A stretch of DNA of 64,000 bases from Candidatus Latescibacterota bacterium (GCA_965219455.1 OZ244744.1:3552001-3616000), one strand, 5' to 3'; positions 1 through 11,102 are shown, numbered from the stretch's first letter. Numbers and translations are program-made. Notes: generated from the letters alone by a model not told the origin.

Positions 1-467
1 ATTTCGTGAAACGCAACATGGGTAGCAAAGCGTGGCTCGAAGACGCCCGTCGCCGCCGCAAGGGGGCTTTCCCGCTCGAAGCGGTACGGGAAGCGGTGGT
101 GAACGCAGTGGCGCATCGTGACTACGCGCGGGAGGGTACCGACATCGAAGTCTCTCTGTACGCGGATCGACTCGAAGTCATTTCGCCTGGACGGCTTCCG
201 AATGGCGTCACCGTTGACAAGATGAGAGAGGGCGTAGTGCGGGTAGCCCGTAACGAGTTGCTCAAGGAGATTCTCCGAGACTACCGCTATATCGAGCATC
301 AAGGTATGGGCGTTCGCAATCGGATAATCGAGCCAATGCGGCGCCACAATGGCACAGAACCGGATCTGGAAGAGGACGACGATCGCTTTGTCGTTCGGCT
401 TTGGGAAGGACCGTGGACACGCAGAAACGGGAGGAGAGACGATGTAGACGTCTGTAGTAGGGGCTGA
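1..467 (+). CDS. C-terminal part of AlbA_2/RecG-C (HATPase_c_4) ATP-binding protein, 5' end outside window
   Basis: EAVVNAVAHRDY, EVISPGRLP, RNELL and IEHQGMGV motifs typical of HATPase_c_4. Confidence 0.8.
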   Translation, partial: FVKRNMGSKAWLEDARRRRKGAFPLEAVREAVVNAVAHRDYAREGTDIEVSLYADRLEVISPGRLPNGVTVDKMREGVVRVARNELLKEILRDYRYIEHQGMGVRNRIIEPMRRHNGTEPDLEEDDDRFVVRLWEGPWTRRNGRRDDVDVCSRG

Positions 468-1059
468 TCGCGGTGGCGCTAACTATGCGAGAGATTTCCG
501 CCTTAAGTGTGCGCGACAAGGACATCTAACGTGGCCACATCAGCCATCCGCGTCTCTTGAGCGCGCAAGGTCCCCAAACGGTGTTCCACGCCGTCGTGTT
601 CGCCTTCCCAGTTTCCCACCCCGCCGATTTCGTCCCGCATGAACAATATCGGCTCCTTCACGATTATCAAGACGCTGGCCTCCCCAAGGCATGTGGACAA
701 CCAACGCCAGCAGTCTGCAATCATCGATTCAGATCGGCTCGACGTCTGGCGCGAACCACTTGCTGGTTCCTGCGTGAGACACCTTGTCGCTGTGAGGGTT
801 AACGGCGTCAGGGAAAAAGACACGGATATTCTTTCTCCCATTTCGGAGTGATATTTCGGTTGACCGAGATTGCAGCAGTGGGCTGCACAGTGCTTCCGCG
901 TCGAATTTTACTGATCGGTGTGAGGGAAACCCGCCTCAGCTGCGTTTTCGGATTGAGCAAGCATGTCGGTTGGCCGACGATGTTGAGATTTGGATGTTTT
1001 TTATTTGGGCGACGGCGGCGGGTAATACAAGGAAGAAGGTCTTGCTCCAGGAGTCAGAA

Positions 1060-1455
1060 ATGTCCGGTCGCAAAATACGCGTTCTGATTGCAAAGTTAGG
1101 TCTGGACGGGCACGACCGGGGCGCCAAGGTCGTGGCGCGCGCGCTGCGGGATGCGGGGATGGAAGTCATTTATACTGGCCTGCACCGCACGGCGGACGAG
1201 GTGGTAAACACCGCGATCCAGGAAGACGTGGATGTGTTGGGCATCAGTTCTCTTTCGGGAGCCCATCTGACGATCTTTCCCAAGGTGATGGATCTCCTTC
1301 GGGCGCGGGGTGCGGATGACATTCTGCTGGTGGGCGGCGGCATCATTACGCCGGCCGACCAGGAGGCTCTCAAGGCCGGAGGACTGGCGTTCTTCTGGGG
1401 CCCGGGAACGCATACGGGCGACATTGTCGCGCGACTCCGGGAAGCCGTGAAATGA
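1060..1455 (+). CDS. Cobalamin-binding small subunit of methylmalonyl/isobutyryl-CoA mutase family
   Basis: KLGLDGHDRGAK (DxHxxG), GISSLSGAH, GGGII; AGGAG RBS before ATG at 1060. Confidence 0.92.
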   Translation: MSGRKIRVLIAKLGLDGHDRGAKVVARALRDAGMEVIYTGLHRTADEVVNTAIQEDVDVLGISSLSGAHLTIFPKVMDLLRARGADDILLVGGGIITPADQEALKAGGLAFFWGPGTHTGDIVARLREAVK

Positions 1456-2384
1456 GAGATCTGGCCGCCCGAATCCTCGCGGGCGATATCCGTGCCGCCG
1501 CGCGTGCCATTTCGCTCATTGAGCGGCGGGAGACCGATTCGGCGCCCCTGCTTTCCGCCCTGTATCCTTCAACGGGCGGCGCCTACCGGATCGGCATAAC
1601 CGGTCCGCCCGGAGCGGGCAAGAGTACGCTCGCGGGTCGTCTCGCGACGGGCTTTCGGGACGCCGGAAGGGCGGTGGGTATTCTGGCCGTGGATATCGCC
1701 AGCCCGTTTTCCGGCGGCGCCCTGCTGGGAGATCGGATCAGGATGCAGGGACTGTCGAGCGACCCGGCGGTGTTTATTCGAAGTATGGGGAACGAGGGTC
1801 TGCCGGGTGGGCTGTGCCGGGCCGCGCGGGACGCGGTGCGGGTGATGGAAGCCATGGGAAAGGACCTGGTGCTCGTGGAGACTGCGGGGGTCGGGCAGAC
1901 CGACGTGGATGTGGCCTATTGCGTAGATGCCGTTGTGCTGACCCTTGTGCCCGAGTCGGGTGATGAGATCCAGGTGCTGAAAGCGGGCGTGATGGAAATT
2001 GCAGACGTGATAGCGCTGAATAAATCCGACCGTCCCGGGGCGGACAGATTGGTGGGAGAACTCAGGGAAACCCTTCATGCGCGTGGCGAAGTCGACGGCT
2101 GGGAAGGGCGGCTTGTTCGTACGGTCGGCACGGACGGCAGGGGCGTTCAAGAGCTCTTCGAGACGCTTCAGGCGCGCTCGCGCCATCTGAAAACGGAGCA
2201 TAGGTTGGCAGCTTTGCGCGAACGACAGATCCGGCGTGAATTACAGGAGCGGGTGGAGGCGCGGCTGGCTCTAAGAATGGATGCCGCGCTGGCGCGGGAA
2301 TGCCTGGATCGCGCCGCGGCAAGGGTCCGCGTGGGGGACGACGATCCGTATAACGCCTTCGAGAGGTTGATGTGCGAAATGTGA
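1452..2384 (+). CDS. meaB: MeaB/ArgK GTPase chaperone of B12-dependent mutases
   Basis: GITGPPGAGKST, GGALLGDRIRM, VETAGVGQ, NKSD; ATGA overlap with upstream gene. Confidence 0.92.
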   Translation: MRDLAARILAGDIRAAARAISLIERRETDSAPLLSALYPSTGGAYRIGITGPPGAGKSTLAGRLATGFRDAGRAVGILAVDIASPFSGGALLGDRIRMQGLSSDPAVFIRSMGNEGLPGGLCRAARDAVRVMEAMGKDLVLVETAGVGQTDVDVAYCVDAVVLTLVPESGDEIQVLKAGVMEIADVIALNKSDRPGADRLVGELRETLHARGEVDGWEGRLVRTVGTDGRGVQELFETLQARSRHLKTEHRLAALRERQIRRELQERVEARLALRMDAALARECLDRAAARVRVGDDDPYNAFERLMCEM

Positions 2385-2591
2385 GTCCTCAACGGACTGG
2401 ATCGGCCTGGACGCCCGAACTTGGCGGGTCGAATGTCCGCGCAGGACACAAAATGAGGCTGCCGGAGCAGACTGCGGTCGCGATCAGAAGTGATTCGTAA
2501 GCCGAAACGCGTACCAGATGGTGCTTTGTGATGAGACGATGGAACATCACCGGCAGGCAAGGCTGGAAATTCAGATAAGGTAGCACGATTG

Positions 2592-3554
2592 ATGGCAATC
2601 AACAGAGATAAACCGGACCGGTGGAAAAAGGACATTGCGCGGTCGGTGGACATGTTCAACGACTGGTTTATGCGCTTTGCACCGGAGGCTTACCGTTCGA
2701 CGCGGACGCAAACCGCAAAGGACGTCGAGGCGACCCTCGATGCGACCAAAAACTTAACGTATGTCGGAGTGGAACTGCTGAGATCGAAACCATCGGTGTT
2801 GCCGTCATTGCGCATGTCGACTTGCCCGCCTCTGGCCGTGGACCGACTGATCGGCCTTGCCGGCGTCTCCAAAAACTTGGTCAGGTCGATGGATAAAGAT
2901 AACAGACTCCCGCCGCGAATGCCGGATCGGAAGCTGAACAGCGACCTTGAGAAGATTGCAAAGGTCTTAGAGAAGATGGCTGACCCGGATGTCTTTGTTT
3001 GGTTGGAGCGTAGGGACAATCCGTCCGAACAGGAATTCTACCGGGCGACGACGATCGTGGCTGATCGCTTGTGCGGGGCCATTGCCAATCCAATCATCCG
3101 AAACGCGCAGGAAAAACGTCAGCTCGCCGCGATTGACAAGTGGTTAAAGGATCTGGAATACGAGAATCTGCCGGCTGGTAGCGGCACGAAGTATGACGCC
3201 CTGCGGCCGGGAACGTACTCGTTCCGGCTCAACGTGCCGGTAGAGCAGGAAGCGACCGGAGATACGATCAATATTCCTGTGGACGCGGTTGTGATGCCCA
3301 AAGCAGCGAAGACAGGCGACTTGCCTGTACTGATTGAAGCAAAGTCGGCGGGTGATTTCACGAATGTCAACAAGCGACGGAAAGAAGAAGCGACTAAGAT
3401 GAACCAATTGCGCCGGACCTACGGGAACAACGTTCGCTACATCCTGTTTCTGTGCGGGTATTTTGATAGTAGCTATCTCGGCTATGAGGCGGCGGAAGGC
3501 ATTGACTGGGTCTGGGAACATCGTATCAACGATCTCGGCGAGCTTGGATTGTAA
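2592..3554 (+). CDS. XamI-family type II restriction endonuclease
   Basis: N-terminal DKPDRWKKDIARSVDMFNDWF and PVD...LIEAKSAGDFTNVNKRRKEEATK; adjacent methyltransferase. Confidence 0.85.
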   Translation: MAINRDKPDRWKKDIARSVDMFNDWFMRFAPEAYRSTRTQTAKDVEATLDATKNLTYVGVELLRSKPSVLPSLRMSTCPPLAVDRLIGLAGVSKNLVRSMDKDNRLPPRMPDRKLNSDLEKIAKVLEKMADPDVFVWLERRDNPSEQEFYRATTIVADRLCGAIANPIIRNAQEKRQLAAIDKWLKDLEYENLPAGSGTKYDALRPGTYSFRLNVPVEQEATGDTINIPVDAVVMPKAAKTGDLPVLIEAKSAGDFTNVNKRRKEEATKMNQLRRTYGNNVRYILFLCGYFDSSYLGYEAAEGIDWVWEHRINDLGELGL

Positions 3555-3557
3555 ATT

Positions 3558-5156
3558 ATGGAAAAGGCGGTTACAGGATTGGAGACGCGGCGGCTGGCAC
3601 TTCAGGAAGAACTGGATGCGAGAAGAGACGCAGCCGTACGAAACAGAATGGGGCAGTTCGCTACACCAACCAGCCTCGCTGTCGACATTCAGCGTTACGC
3701 GAAGGCGCGTCTCGGCAAGAACGAGAGATTGCGTTTCATCGACCCGGCGATCGGGACTGGTGCCTTCTACTCGGCGCTGCTGCACGAGTTTTCCCAAGCC
3801 CGTATCGACGCTGCCATTGGATATGAGATAGACCCGCATTACGGCAGGCCGGCAGCGAAGCTGTGGGGCAAGACGGGTCTGGAAATTATACTGGAGGACT
3901 TTACGTGGTCCGCCGCGCCAGAGGCTTCCGATCGGTTCAACCTGCTCATATGTAATCCGCCCTATGTGCGGCATCACCATATTGACAGTGGGGAGAAACA
4001 GCGGTTGAGGTCTCGCGCGCAAGCCTCTTCCGGCGTGAGAATTAACGGTCTGGCCGGGCTATACTGCTATTTCCTGTGCATAAGCCATATGTGGTTGACC
4101 GCCGGCGGCTTGGCCGGATGGTTGATCCCCAGCGAATTCATGGACGTAAAGTATGGGATAGGGGTGAAACGCTACCTGCTCGAGAAGGTGACGCTACATC
4201 ACATTCACCGCTTCGATCCGAATAACGTGCAATTTTGCAATGCGCTTGTGTCGTCGGCTGTCGTGTGGTTCCGGAACGAACCTCCTCGACCACAACATCA
4301 AGTTCGGTTCACCTATGGCGGAACACTTGAACAACCAGTGTTGGATCGGTTGGTTCCCCTCGAAACATTGCGCCGTGAGCCAAAATGGACACGTTTTCCT
4401 AAGAATCAGACCCATGAAGCAGCCGATGGACCGGTGCTGGGTGACTTCTTCAAGATAAAACGGGGTTTGGCTACGGGTAACAACAGCTATTTCATCCTGT
4501 CAGCCGAGCAGATCCGTCGGCGCCAGCTGCCGATGGATGCATTCAAGCCAATCCTGCCGAGCCCGCGATATGTGCCCGAAGACGAAGTCGAGGGCGATCG
4601 AATGGGCAATCCCCTTCTCAAACTGCGATTGTTCCTGCTCGATCCGCCGTGGACGGAGAGCGAAATCAAGAAACGCTATCCAAATCTTTGGGCATATCTG
4701 GAAGAAGGCAAGGCGGAGGGCGTTACTGATCGCTATATCTGTCGGCACCGGGCGCTGTGGTACAGGCAGGAATTCCGGCCGCCAGCTCCGTTCGTCTGTA
4801 CCTATATGGGCCGAAGCGACAGGAAGAGCGGAAGGCCGTTCCGTTTCATATTGAATAATTCGAAGGCAACGGCCGCAAACGTGTATTTGATGTTGTACCC
4901 GAAGGAACCTGTAAATCGCGTCATCCAGAAAAAGCCCCTACTGAAGCGGCAGGTCTGGGAGTTCCTTAACGAAATCTCTCCGCAGGTGATGCTCGGGGAG
5001 GGTCGCGTCTACGGAGGCGGACTGTATAAGCTGGAGCCAATGGAGTTGGCAAACGTCCCTGCGGACGCTATCGCCGAGCTGTTTCCCGAGTCGGCCAGGC
5101 CACGCCGGGCAAAGCAAGCTCATCTGTTTGACGAAACGACCCCGCACAGAACGTAA
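3558..5156 (+). CDS. N6-adenine DNA methyltransferase (gamma-type), partner of the XamI-like endonuclease
   Basis: GQFATP, FIDPAIGTGAF (motif I), CNPPY (motif IV), C-terminal GRVYGGGLYKLEP. Confidence 0.9.
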   Translation: MEKAVTGLETRRLALQEELDARRDAAVRNRMGQFATPTSLAVDIQRYAKARLGKNERLRFIDPAIGTGAFYSALLHEFSQARIDAAIGYEIDPHYGRPAAKLWGKTGLEIILEDFTWSAAPEASDRFNLLICNPPYVRHHHIDSGEKQRLRSRAQASSGVRINGLAGLYCYFLCISHMWLTAGGLAGWLIPSEFMDVKYGIGVKRYLLEKVTLHHIHRFDPNNVQFCNALVSSAVVWFRNEPPRPQHQVRFTYGGTLEQPVLDRLVPLETLRREPKWTRFPKNQTHEAADGPVLGDFFKIKRGLATGNNSYFILSAEQIRRRQLPMDAFKPILPSPRYVPEDEVEGDRMGNPLLKLRLFLLDPPWTESEIKKRYPNLWAYLEEGKAEGVTDRYICRHRALWYRQEFRPPAPFVCTYMGRSDRKSGRPFRFILNNSKATAANVYLMLYPKEPVNRVIQKKPLLKRQVWEFLNEISPQVMLGEGRVYGGGLYKLEPMELANVPADAIAELFPESARPRRAKQAHLFDETTPHRT

Positions 5157-5329
5157 TCGCCAACAGCAACAGGTGATGGATGCAGTCTTAGACTGAGTGG
5201 ACCATCGCAATGGCTCCAAAGGCCCAACACCCGCTAATTTCCCAGCCATAGAGTGTGTGGCGTTCCGGGTTTTGTCAGAGGGCCTTTGCGGGACGGTGTG
5301 TTTGAGACTCGAAACGTGAGGACCGACGA

Positions 5330-6274
5330 ATGGGGTTCTGGACCAATAAACGGGTCGCGGTTACCGGCGGCGCCGGTTTCCTGGGCCGGTTTGTGGTGCG
5401 GAAGCTGCGCGAACGGGGTTGCCTTCAGGTATTCGCACCGCGCAGCCGGGACCACGACTTGCGTGAGCAGGAAGCCGTACGGCGCATGTACGAGATCGCG
5501 CGGCCCCACCTGATCATTCACCTGGCCGGTTCCGTTGGCGGCATTGGCGCCAACCAGCGGTATCCAGGCCGTTTTTTTTACGATAATCTGGTGATGGGCG
5601 CCCATCTGCTCGAACAGGCCCGCAGGTTCGAGGTGCCCAAATTCGTGGGAATCGGAACGGTGTGCGCCTATCCGATGTCCACGCCGGTACCCTTCAAGGA
5701 GGAAGACCTCTGGGATGGGTATCCGGAAGAGACAAACGCGCCCTATGGTCTTGCCAAAAAGATGATGCTGGTGCAAAGCCAGGCCTATCGCGCGGAATAC
5801 GGCTACAACGCGATTCATCTGCTGATGTCCAACCTCTACGGACCCGGAGAAAACCTCGATCCGGAGACATCCCATGGACTCGCGTCCATGGTGCGAAAGT
5901 TCGTGGACGCCCGGAATCTGGGACACGACCACGTCATCCTCTGGGGAGACGGCTCGCCGACGCGCGAGTTTCTGTACGTGGAGGACGCGGCAGAAGGCAT
6001 ATTGCTCGCTTCGGAATTGTATGATCTGTCAGAGCCGATCAACCTGGGATCAGGAGAGGAGATCTCAATCCGGGAGCTCGCCGGGAAAATCCGGGACCTT
6101 GCGGGATTCGTCGGCCAGGTTCGTTGGGATCCGAACAAGCCGAACGGACAGCCGAGGCGATGCGTGGATGTAACGCGGGCGAAGCGGCATTTTGGATTTG
6201 AAGCCTCAACATCTCTGGATGAAGGGCTTCGGCGCATGATTTCGTGGTACGAGAAGCAGCCGCGCAGGACGTAG
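5330..6274 (+). CDS. fcl: GDP-L-fucose synthase family epimerase/reductase (possibly ColC-like)
   Basis: [41 protein letters not shown]. Confidence 0.88.
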   Translation: MGFWTNKRVAVTGGAGFLGRFVVRKLRERGCLQVFAPRSRDHDLREQEAVRRMYEIARPHLIIHLAGSVGGIGANQRYPGRFFYDNLVMGAHLLEQARRFEVPKFVGIGTVCAYPMSTPVPFKEEDLWDGYPEETNAPYGLAKKMMLVQSQAYRAEYGYNAIHLLMSNLYGPGENLDPETSHGLASMVRKFVDARNLGHDHVILWGDGSPTREFLYVEDAAEGILLASELYDLSEPINLGSGEEISIRELAGKIRDLAGFVGQVRWDPNKPNGQPRRCVDVTRAKRHFGFEASTSLDEGLRRMISWYEKQPRRT

Positions 6275-6323
6275 GGGTGCGTAAATAAGAGAGACTAAGC
6301 CACTGTTTGGAGGCGGGCTCGAC

Positions 6324-7532
6324 GTGTTCGAGAATCGTGAAACCCGGGCGCCGGCAATCGGCGTCGGAACGTTGAACATCAGTCCCCGCGCCAGGGCGCT
6401 GGTAAACGAGGTCCTCGACAGCAACCGGCTGTCTTACGGTCCGAAAACGCAGGCGTTTGAGGCCGAATTCGCCCACGCGCACGACTGTCGGTTCGGTGTG
6501 ATGAGCAACAGCGGGACGAGCGCCCTGCTGGTCGCTTTGGTCGCGCTGAAGGAATTGCACGGATGGGACGATGGCGACGAAGTCATTCTGCCAGCGGTGA
6601 CGTTTGCGGGAACGGCAAATGTCGTCTTCCATGGACGGATGCGTCCGGTGCTGGCGGACGTCGATCCAATCCACTACGAGTTGGACCCGGTAAAAGTCGA
6701 GGCCGCGGTCACGTCTCGTACACGGGCGATCATTCCCGTGCATGTATTCGGACAGCCGTGCGACATGGATCCTATTGCTGAGCTTGCCCGGAGGTACGGT
6801 CTCAAGGTCATTGAAGATTCGGCCGAGACCATGTTCGCCAGATACAAGGGTCGCAGCGTCGGAAGTCTCGGCGAAATCGGGTGTTTTTCCACCTATGCGG
6901 CGCACCTGCTGACCACTGGAGTGGGCGGATTGAATACGACCGGCCATCCCGATTATGCGAACAAGCTGAGGTCGCTGATCAACCACGGGCGGGATTCGAC
7001 GTATCTGAATATAGATGACGACGACCGGAAATCGCCGGAAGAACTTCGAAGAATCGTGGCCCGGCGGTTTTCTTTCGTAAATCTCGGCTATAGTTTCCGA
7101 TTAACCGAAATGGAGGCCGCTCTGGGGCTTGCGCAGCTTGAGGTCGCAACTGACATGATCGCCAGCAGGCGGAAAAACGCCGCCTATCTGACCCGAACGT
7201 TGTCCGAATACGAAGCGAATCTGCAGCTTCCGCGAGTTCGCGCGGAATGTGAACACTCGTTCATGATGTATCCGATTGTCCTGAGGGATCGGGAAAAGGA
7301 CGCACTTGTGAATTTCCTGGAACAGAACCGGGTTGAGACGCGGGAGATGCTCCCACTGACCAATCAGCCTCTCTTCCAGCGCCTGCTGGATATCAGCGAG
7401 GCGGATTATCCCGTTGCCGGATGGATCAACAGAAGCGGGTTCTATATCGGTTGCCACCAGGACCTTACGTTAACCGACCTGGATCGTATCGTGGAACTCT
7501 TCGGGCGTTTCTTCAGGGGTGGGCAGGTGTAG
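6324..7532 (+). CDS. DegT/DnrJ/EryC1/StrS-fold enzyme with His in place of the catalytic Lys (ColD/E1-like dehydratase)
   Basis: NSGTSAL, IEDSAE, FSTYAAHLLTTGVGG, GYSFRLTEMEAALG. Confidence 0.85.
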   Translation: MFENRETRAPAIGVGTLNISPRARALVNEVLDSNRLSYGPKTQAFEAEFAHAHDCRFGVMSNSGTSALLVALVALKELHGWDDGDEVILPAVTFAGTANVVFHGRMRPVLADVDPIHYELDPVKVEAAVTSRTRAIIPVHVFGQPCDMDPIAELARRYGLKVIEDSAETMFARYKGRSVGSLGEIGCFSTYAAHLLTTGVGGLNTTGHPDYANKLRSLINHGRDSTYLNIDDDDRKSPEELRRIVARRFSFVNLGYSFRLTEMEAALGLAQLEVATDMIASRRKNAAYLTRTLSEYEANLQLPRVRAECEHSFMMYPIVLRDREKDALVNFLEQNRVETREMLPLTNQPLFQRLLDISEADYPVAGWINRSGFYIGCHQDLTLTDLDRIVELFGRFFRGGQV

Positions 7533-7547
7533 CCGCGGGGGTACACT

Positions 7548-8252
7548 ATGGTCACACGTACTATTGTTCTGCTGACGCTGAACGAGGTCGAGGGCGTTCG
7601 ATGGCTGTTCTCAACCGGGCCGAATCTGTCCGGAATGGCCGACGAAGTCCTCGCCGTCGACGGCGGGTCAACGGACGGTACCAGGGAGGTTCTGGCATCC
7701 CATCACATACGGTTGGTGGACCAGCAACGACCCGGGCGGGGCGAGGCGTTTCGGTCAGCGGTTCGTGCGTCGAGCGGAGAGGGCCTGGTTTTTTTCAGCC
7801 CCGACGGGAATGAAGATCCGAACGATATCCCCCGGCTTTTCGCTGCCATCGAAAACGGCGCCGATATGGCGATTGCATCCCGGTTCCTGTCGGGCTCACG
7901 GAACGAGGAGGACGACGAATCTCTGCCGCTGAGAAAATGGACGAACCAGACGTTTACGTGGATCGCCAATCAACTTTGGAATCGGGGATCATACGTGACG
8001 GATACAATCAACGGGTTTCGAGGAATAACGCGGCGAGCATTTCTGAAGCTCAATCCCGGATCGATGGGGTATACGATCGAATACGAGATGACGATTCAGG
8101 CGATGAAGCAACGGATGCGAATCGAGGAGATTCAGACGTGGGAGGGAAACCGGGTAGGAGGGGAATCGAAGGCGCCGTCGTTCCGCACGGGAGTCCGGTT
8201 TCTTCGATACCTGATTCAAGAGATGGCCGCCGGCAACGGCCGTGTAGAATGA
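7548..8252 (+). CDS. Glycosyltransferase family 2 (DPM1-like)
   Basis: TLNE, VDGGSTDGT, PDG, ASRF, TDTINGFR motifs. Confidence 0.88.
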   Translation: MVTRTIVLLTLNEVEGVRWLFSTGPNLSGMADEVLAVDGGSTDGTREVLASHHIRLVDQQRPGRGEAFRSAVRASSGEGLVFFSPDGNEDPNDIPRLFAAIENGADMAIASRFLSGSRNEEDDESLPLRKWTNQTFTWIANQLWNRGSYVTDTINGFRGITRRAFLKLNPGSMGYTIEYEMTIQAMKQRMRIEEIQTWEGNRVGGESKAPSFRTGVRFLRYLIQEMAAGNGRVE

Positions 8253-8374
8253 CGTTTCGGAACGTGGTTCGTTGGGGAAGATCAGCCGCACATGGTCATC
8301 GTTATCGGTATGGAAAATCAGGAATCGGCCCGATTTTCGGGCGCGTTCGACGGCCTCTCGTCGAAATCCGAGGC

Positions 8375-9292
8375 CTATCCTGAGGTGAGTGTCTGCGGCT
8401 CGCCGGCTGGGTCTTTCCCGTTGGTGAGCACGTCGAGGAGTTTCCGGGCGGCGACCGAAAGGCTGCGGCCGCGTTTGCGCAATATGCCCAGGGGTCTCGT
8501 GAGGACGTCGCCCTTGATGGGCAGCACTTTCAAGCTGCCTTCCCTGTTTTCCAGGTCAACCGAGTGTTCGGGAAGGATCGAGATGCCGAGGTCCACTTCC
8601 ACGGCGTCCTTTATGGTATCGATATGATCGAATTCCATGACAATGTTGGGTTGGATACGATGCTTGCGGAAGAATTGGTCGAGCGCGTGGCGGGTGTGGG
8701 TTTCCTGGGAGAAAAGGATCAGTGGATGATCGCCAATCTCGTTGACAGGCATGTATTTACGCGCTGCAAGCGGATTCGAGGGCGGGCATGCCACAACCAT
8801 GTTGTCTTCAGAAAACGGGACTGATTTGATATTGCGGTGAGGTCTGGGGAAGGCGACCACGCCGAAGTCGATCTCGCCGCTGGCGACGTCGTCGTAAATC
8901 CGGGGGGTGTGGTTGTAGTCCAGCCTGAAGTTGACCCTGGGGTAGGCTTTGAGATAGGTCTTGAGATACGGTCCGAGTTCACGCATGCCCACGCTGTAAA
9001 TGGCGGAAAGGCGAACCGTGCCCGAAACGACGCCGTCAAGAGCCTCGACGCGCTGTAACATCTCGTCATAGCGCCTTACAATATCGCCGGCGCCCTTGTA
9101 AAACACCTCCCCCTCTTTGGTTAGGCCGATCTTGCGCTTATGGCGCTCCAGCAGCGGTTTGCCCTGGCGATTTTCAATACTCTTGATTTGCTGGCTGACA
9201 GCCGATTGCGTAACGCCATTCAGGACGGCCGTTTTTGAAAAACTCTGGGTATCGATGAGGTCACAGAAGATTTTCAGGCTCTGGATCAACAC
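8375..9292 (-). CDS. LysR-family transcriptional regulator
   Basis: SFSKTA...TQSAVSQQIKSIE HTH plus substrate-binding domain; divergent from fumC. Confidence 0.92.
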   Translation of the reverse strand: MLIQSLKIFCDLIDTQSFSKTAVLNGVTQSAVSQQIKSIENRQGKPLLERHKRKIGLTKEGEVFYKGAGDIVRRYDEMLQRVEALDGVVSGTVRLSAIYSVGMRELGPYLKTYLKAYPRVNFRLDYNHTPRIYDDVASGEIDFGVVAFPRPHRNIKSVPFSEDNMVVACPPSNPLAARKYMPVNEIGDHPLILFSQETHTRHALDQFFRKHRIQPNIVMEFDHIDTIKDAVEVDLGISILPEHSVDLENREGSLKVLPIKGDVLTRPLGILRKRGRSLSVAARKLLDVLTNGKDPAGEPQTLTSG

Positions 9293-9414
9293 GTAAGCGC
9301 CTCCTTCGGATATGTTCTATCGGGCGTTTCTTCACGCTGAAACATCGTTCGGAACGAGAAGCCGACAGAGGGGGTTGTCGCGGTGTAGAACACCCTTCCG
9401 GATGCGGTGGTCAA

Positions 9415-9482
9415 TGAGTTTTTAAGATAAGAAAAATTAATTTTAAAAGCAAGATAATAATATGCACCATTATATTTATTGA
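9415..9482. promoter_or_regulatory. AT-rich divergent control region between lysR and fumC
   Basis: Strongly AT-rich tract in a GC-rich context between divergent genes; exact sites not resolved. Confidence 0.45.
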
Positions 9483-9592
9483 TGTCGGCCCCTGAAGTAC
9501 CGGATATGGTTGTCGGGAATGTTCCGTTTTTGTATCTTGAAATATCCGACACCAGACTCGTATCGACGCGCCATTTGAGAGGAGAAGGAGAG

Positions 9593-10987
9593 ATGGAGGG
9601 ATACAGGATTGAAACGGACAGTATGGGAGAAATTCAGGTTCCGGACGACCGGTATTACGGCGCTCAGACGGCACGGGCGCTGATTCATTTCGATATTGGC
9701 GAGGAACGCATGCCCCGGGAGTTGATCAGAGCGTTTGGCATTCTGAAAAAAGCGGCCGCGCTTGTGAATCGGGAACTGGGAAAACTGTCGTCGGAAAAGG
9801 CCGATCTTATCGTGCAGGCGTCCGACGAAGTCATCGAGGGTAAGCTGAACGACCATTTTCCGCTACGGATCTGGCAGACGGGAAGTGGCACGCAGACGAA
9901 CATGAACGCCAACGAAGTGATATCCAACCGGGCGATCCGGATTGCCGGTGGACGGTTGGGCAGCAAAGATCCGATTCATCCAAACGACCATGTCAATATG
10001 GCGCAGTCTTCAAACGACACGTTTCCCTCGGCAATGCATATAGCGGCCGTAAGCGAGATTCACAGGCGGTTGATTCCAATGGTCAGAAAGCTGCGGGATA
10101 CGCTGGCCGTTAAGGCAGACGATTTTGAGGATATCATCAAAATCGGACGCACTCATCTGATGGACGCCGTTCCACTGACGCTCAGCCAGGAGTTTTCGGG
10201 ATACGTGACTCAATTGACGAAGGGCCTGGAGCGGGTTGAGCGATGCCTGTCGAATCTCAATGAACTCGCGCTTGGCGGCACGGCCGTTGGTACGGGGCTG
10301 AATACGCATCCGGAATTTGCAGATCGGGTTGCCGCGAGGATTGCTGAACTGGCCGGCCATCCGTTTGTTTCGGCGGGCAACAAGTTCGAGTCCCTGGCGG
10401 CGCACGACGCGATGGTGGAAACCAGTGGTGCTCTGAAAACGTTGGCTTGTTCGCTGATGAAAATAGCCAACGACACGCGGTGGCTGGCTTCGGGGCCGCG
10501 CTGCGGCGTTGGCGAGTTGACGCTCCCCGCCAACGAGCCGGGCAGTTCAATCATGCCTGGCAAGGTGAACCCCACCCAGTGCGAAGCGATGACGATGGTG
10601 GCCGCGCAGGTGATCGGGAACGATATGGCGATTGCGGTGGGCGGTTCCTCGGGAAATTTCGAACTGAACGTGTTCAAACCACTGATCGTTTACAATCTGC
10701 TGCAGTCGGTGCGGCTGTTGGCCGATGCCTGTGCGGCGTTCAACGATCACTGCGCGGTGGGCATTGAGCCGAACCGGGAGAATATCCGGAACCACCTGGA
10801 GCGGTCGCTTATGCTCGTCACGGCGCTGAATTCTCAGATTGGATACGACAATGCGGCAAAGGTGGCCAAGAAAGCGTTCGACGAGGATCTGACGCTTCGG
10901 GAATCGGCGGTGGCGCTCGGAATGATGAACGGGGAGGCGTTCGATGAAGCAGTCCGGCCGGAGAGGATGACGGGGCCGGGCGGATAA
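9593..10987 (+). CDS. fumC: Class II fumarate hydratase
   Basis: [38 protein letters not shown] signature; GGAG RBS before 9593. Confidence 0.97.
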   Translation: MEGYRIETDSMGEIQVPDDRYYGAQTARALIHFDIGEERMPRELIRAFGILKKAAALVNRELGKLSSEKADLIVQASDEVIEGKLNDHFPLRIWQTGSGTQTNMNANEVISNRAIRIAGGRLGSKDPIHPNDHVNMAQSSNDTFPSAMHIAAVSEIHRRLIPMVRKLRDTLAVKADDFEDIIKIGRTHLMDAVPLTLSQEFSGYVTQLTKGLERVERCLSNLNELALGGTAVGTGLNTHPEFADRVAARIAELAGHPFVSAGNKFESLAAHDAMVETSGALKTLACSLMKIANDTRWLASGPRCGVGELTLPANEPGSSIMPGKVNPTQCEAMTMVAAQVIGNDMAIAVGGSSGNFELNVFKPLIVYNLLQSVRLLADACAAFNDHCAVGIEPNRENIRNHLERSLMLVTALNSQIGYDNAAKVAKKAFDEDLTLRESAVALGMMNGEAFDEAVRPERMTGPGG

Positions 10988-11046
10988 CGGCCAACGGATG
11001 TCGTGTCCTCTTTATCCGGCGCTATCGGATGTCAGTTTGAGTTCAT

Positions 11047-11083
11047 AAGAAAAGCCCGGCAGAATGCCTGCCGGGCTTTTCTT
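11047..11083. terminator. Bidirectional intrinsic terminator
   Basis: Perfect 16-bp inverted repeat aagaaaagcccggcag/ctgccgggcttttctt between convergent genes. Confidence 0.88.
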
Positions 11084-11102
11084 GTTTTCATGAATACGAG
11101 GA

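Noticed and set aside
470-1050. Short overlapping ORFs upstream of the B12-binding gene
   Set aside because: No recognisable product; possibly decayed sequence
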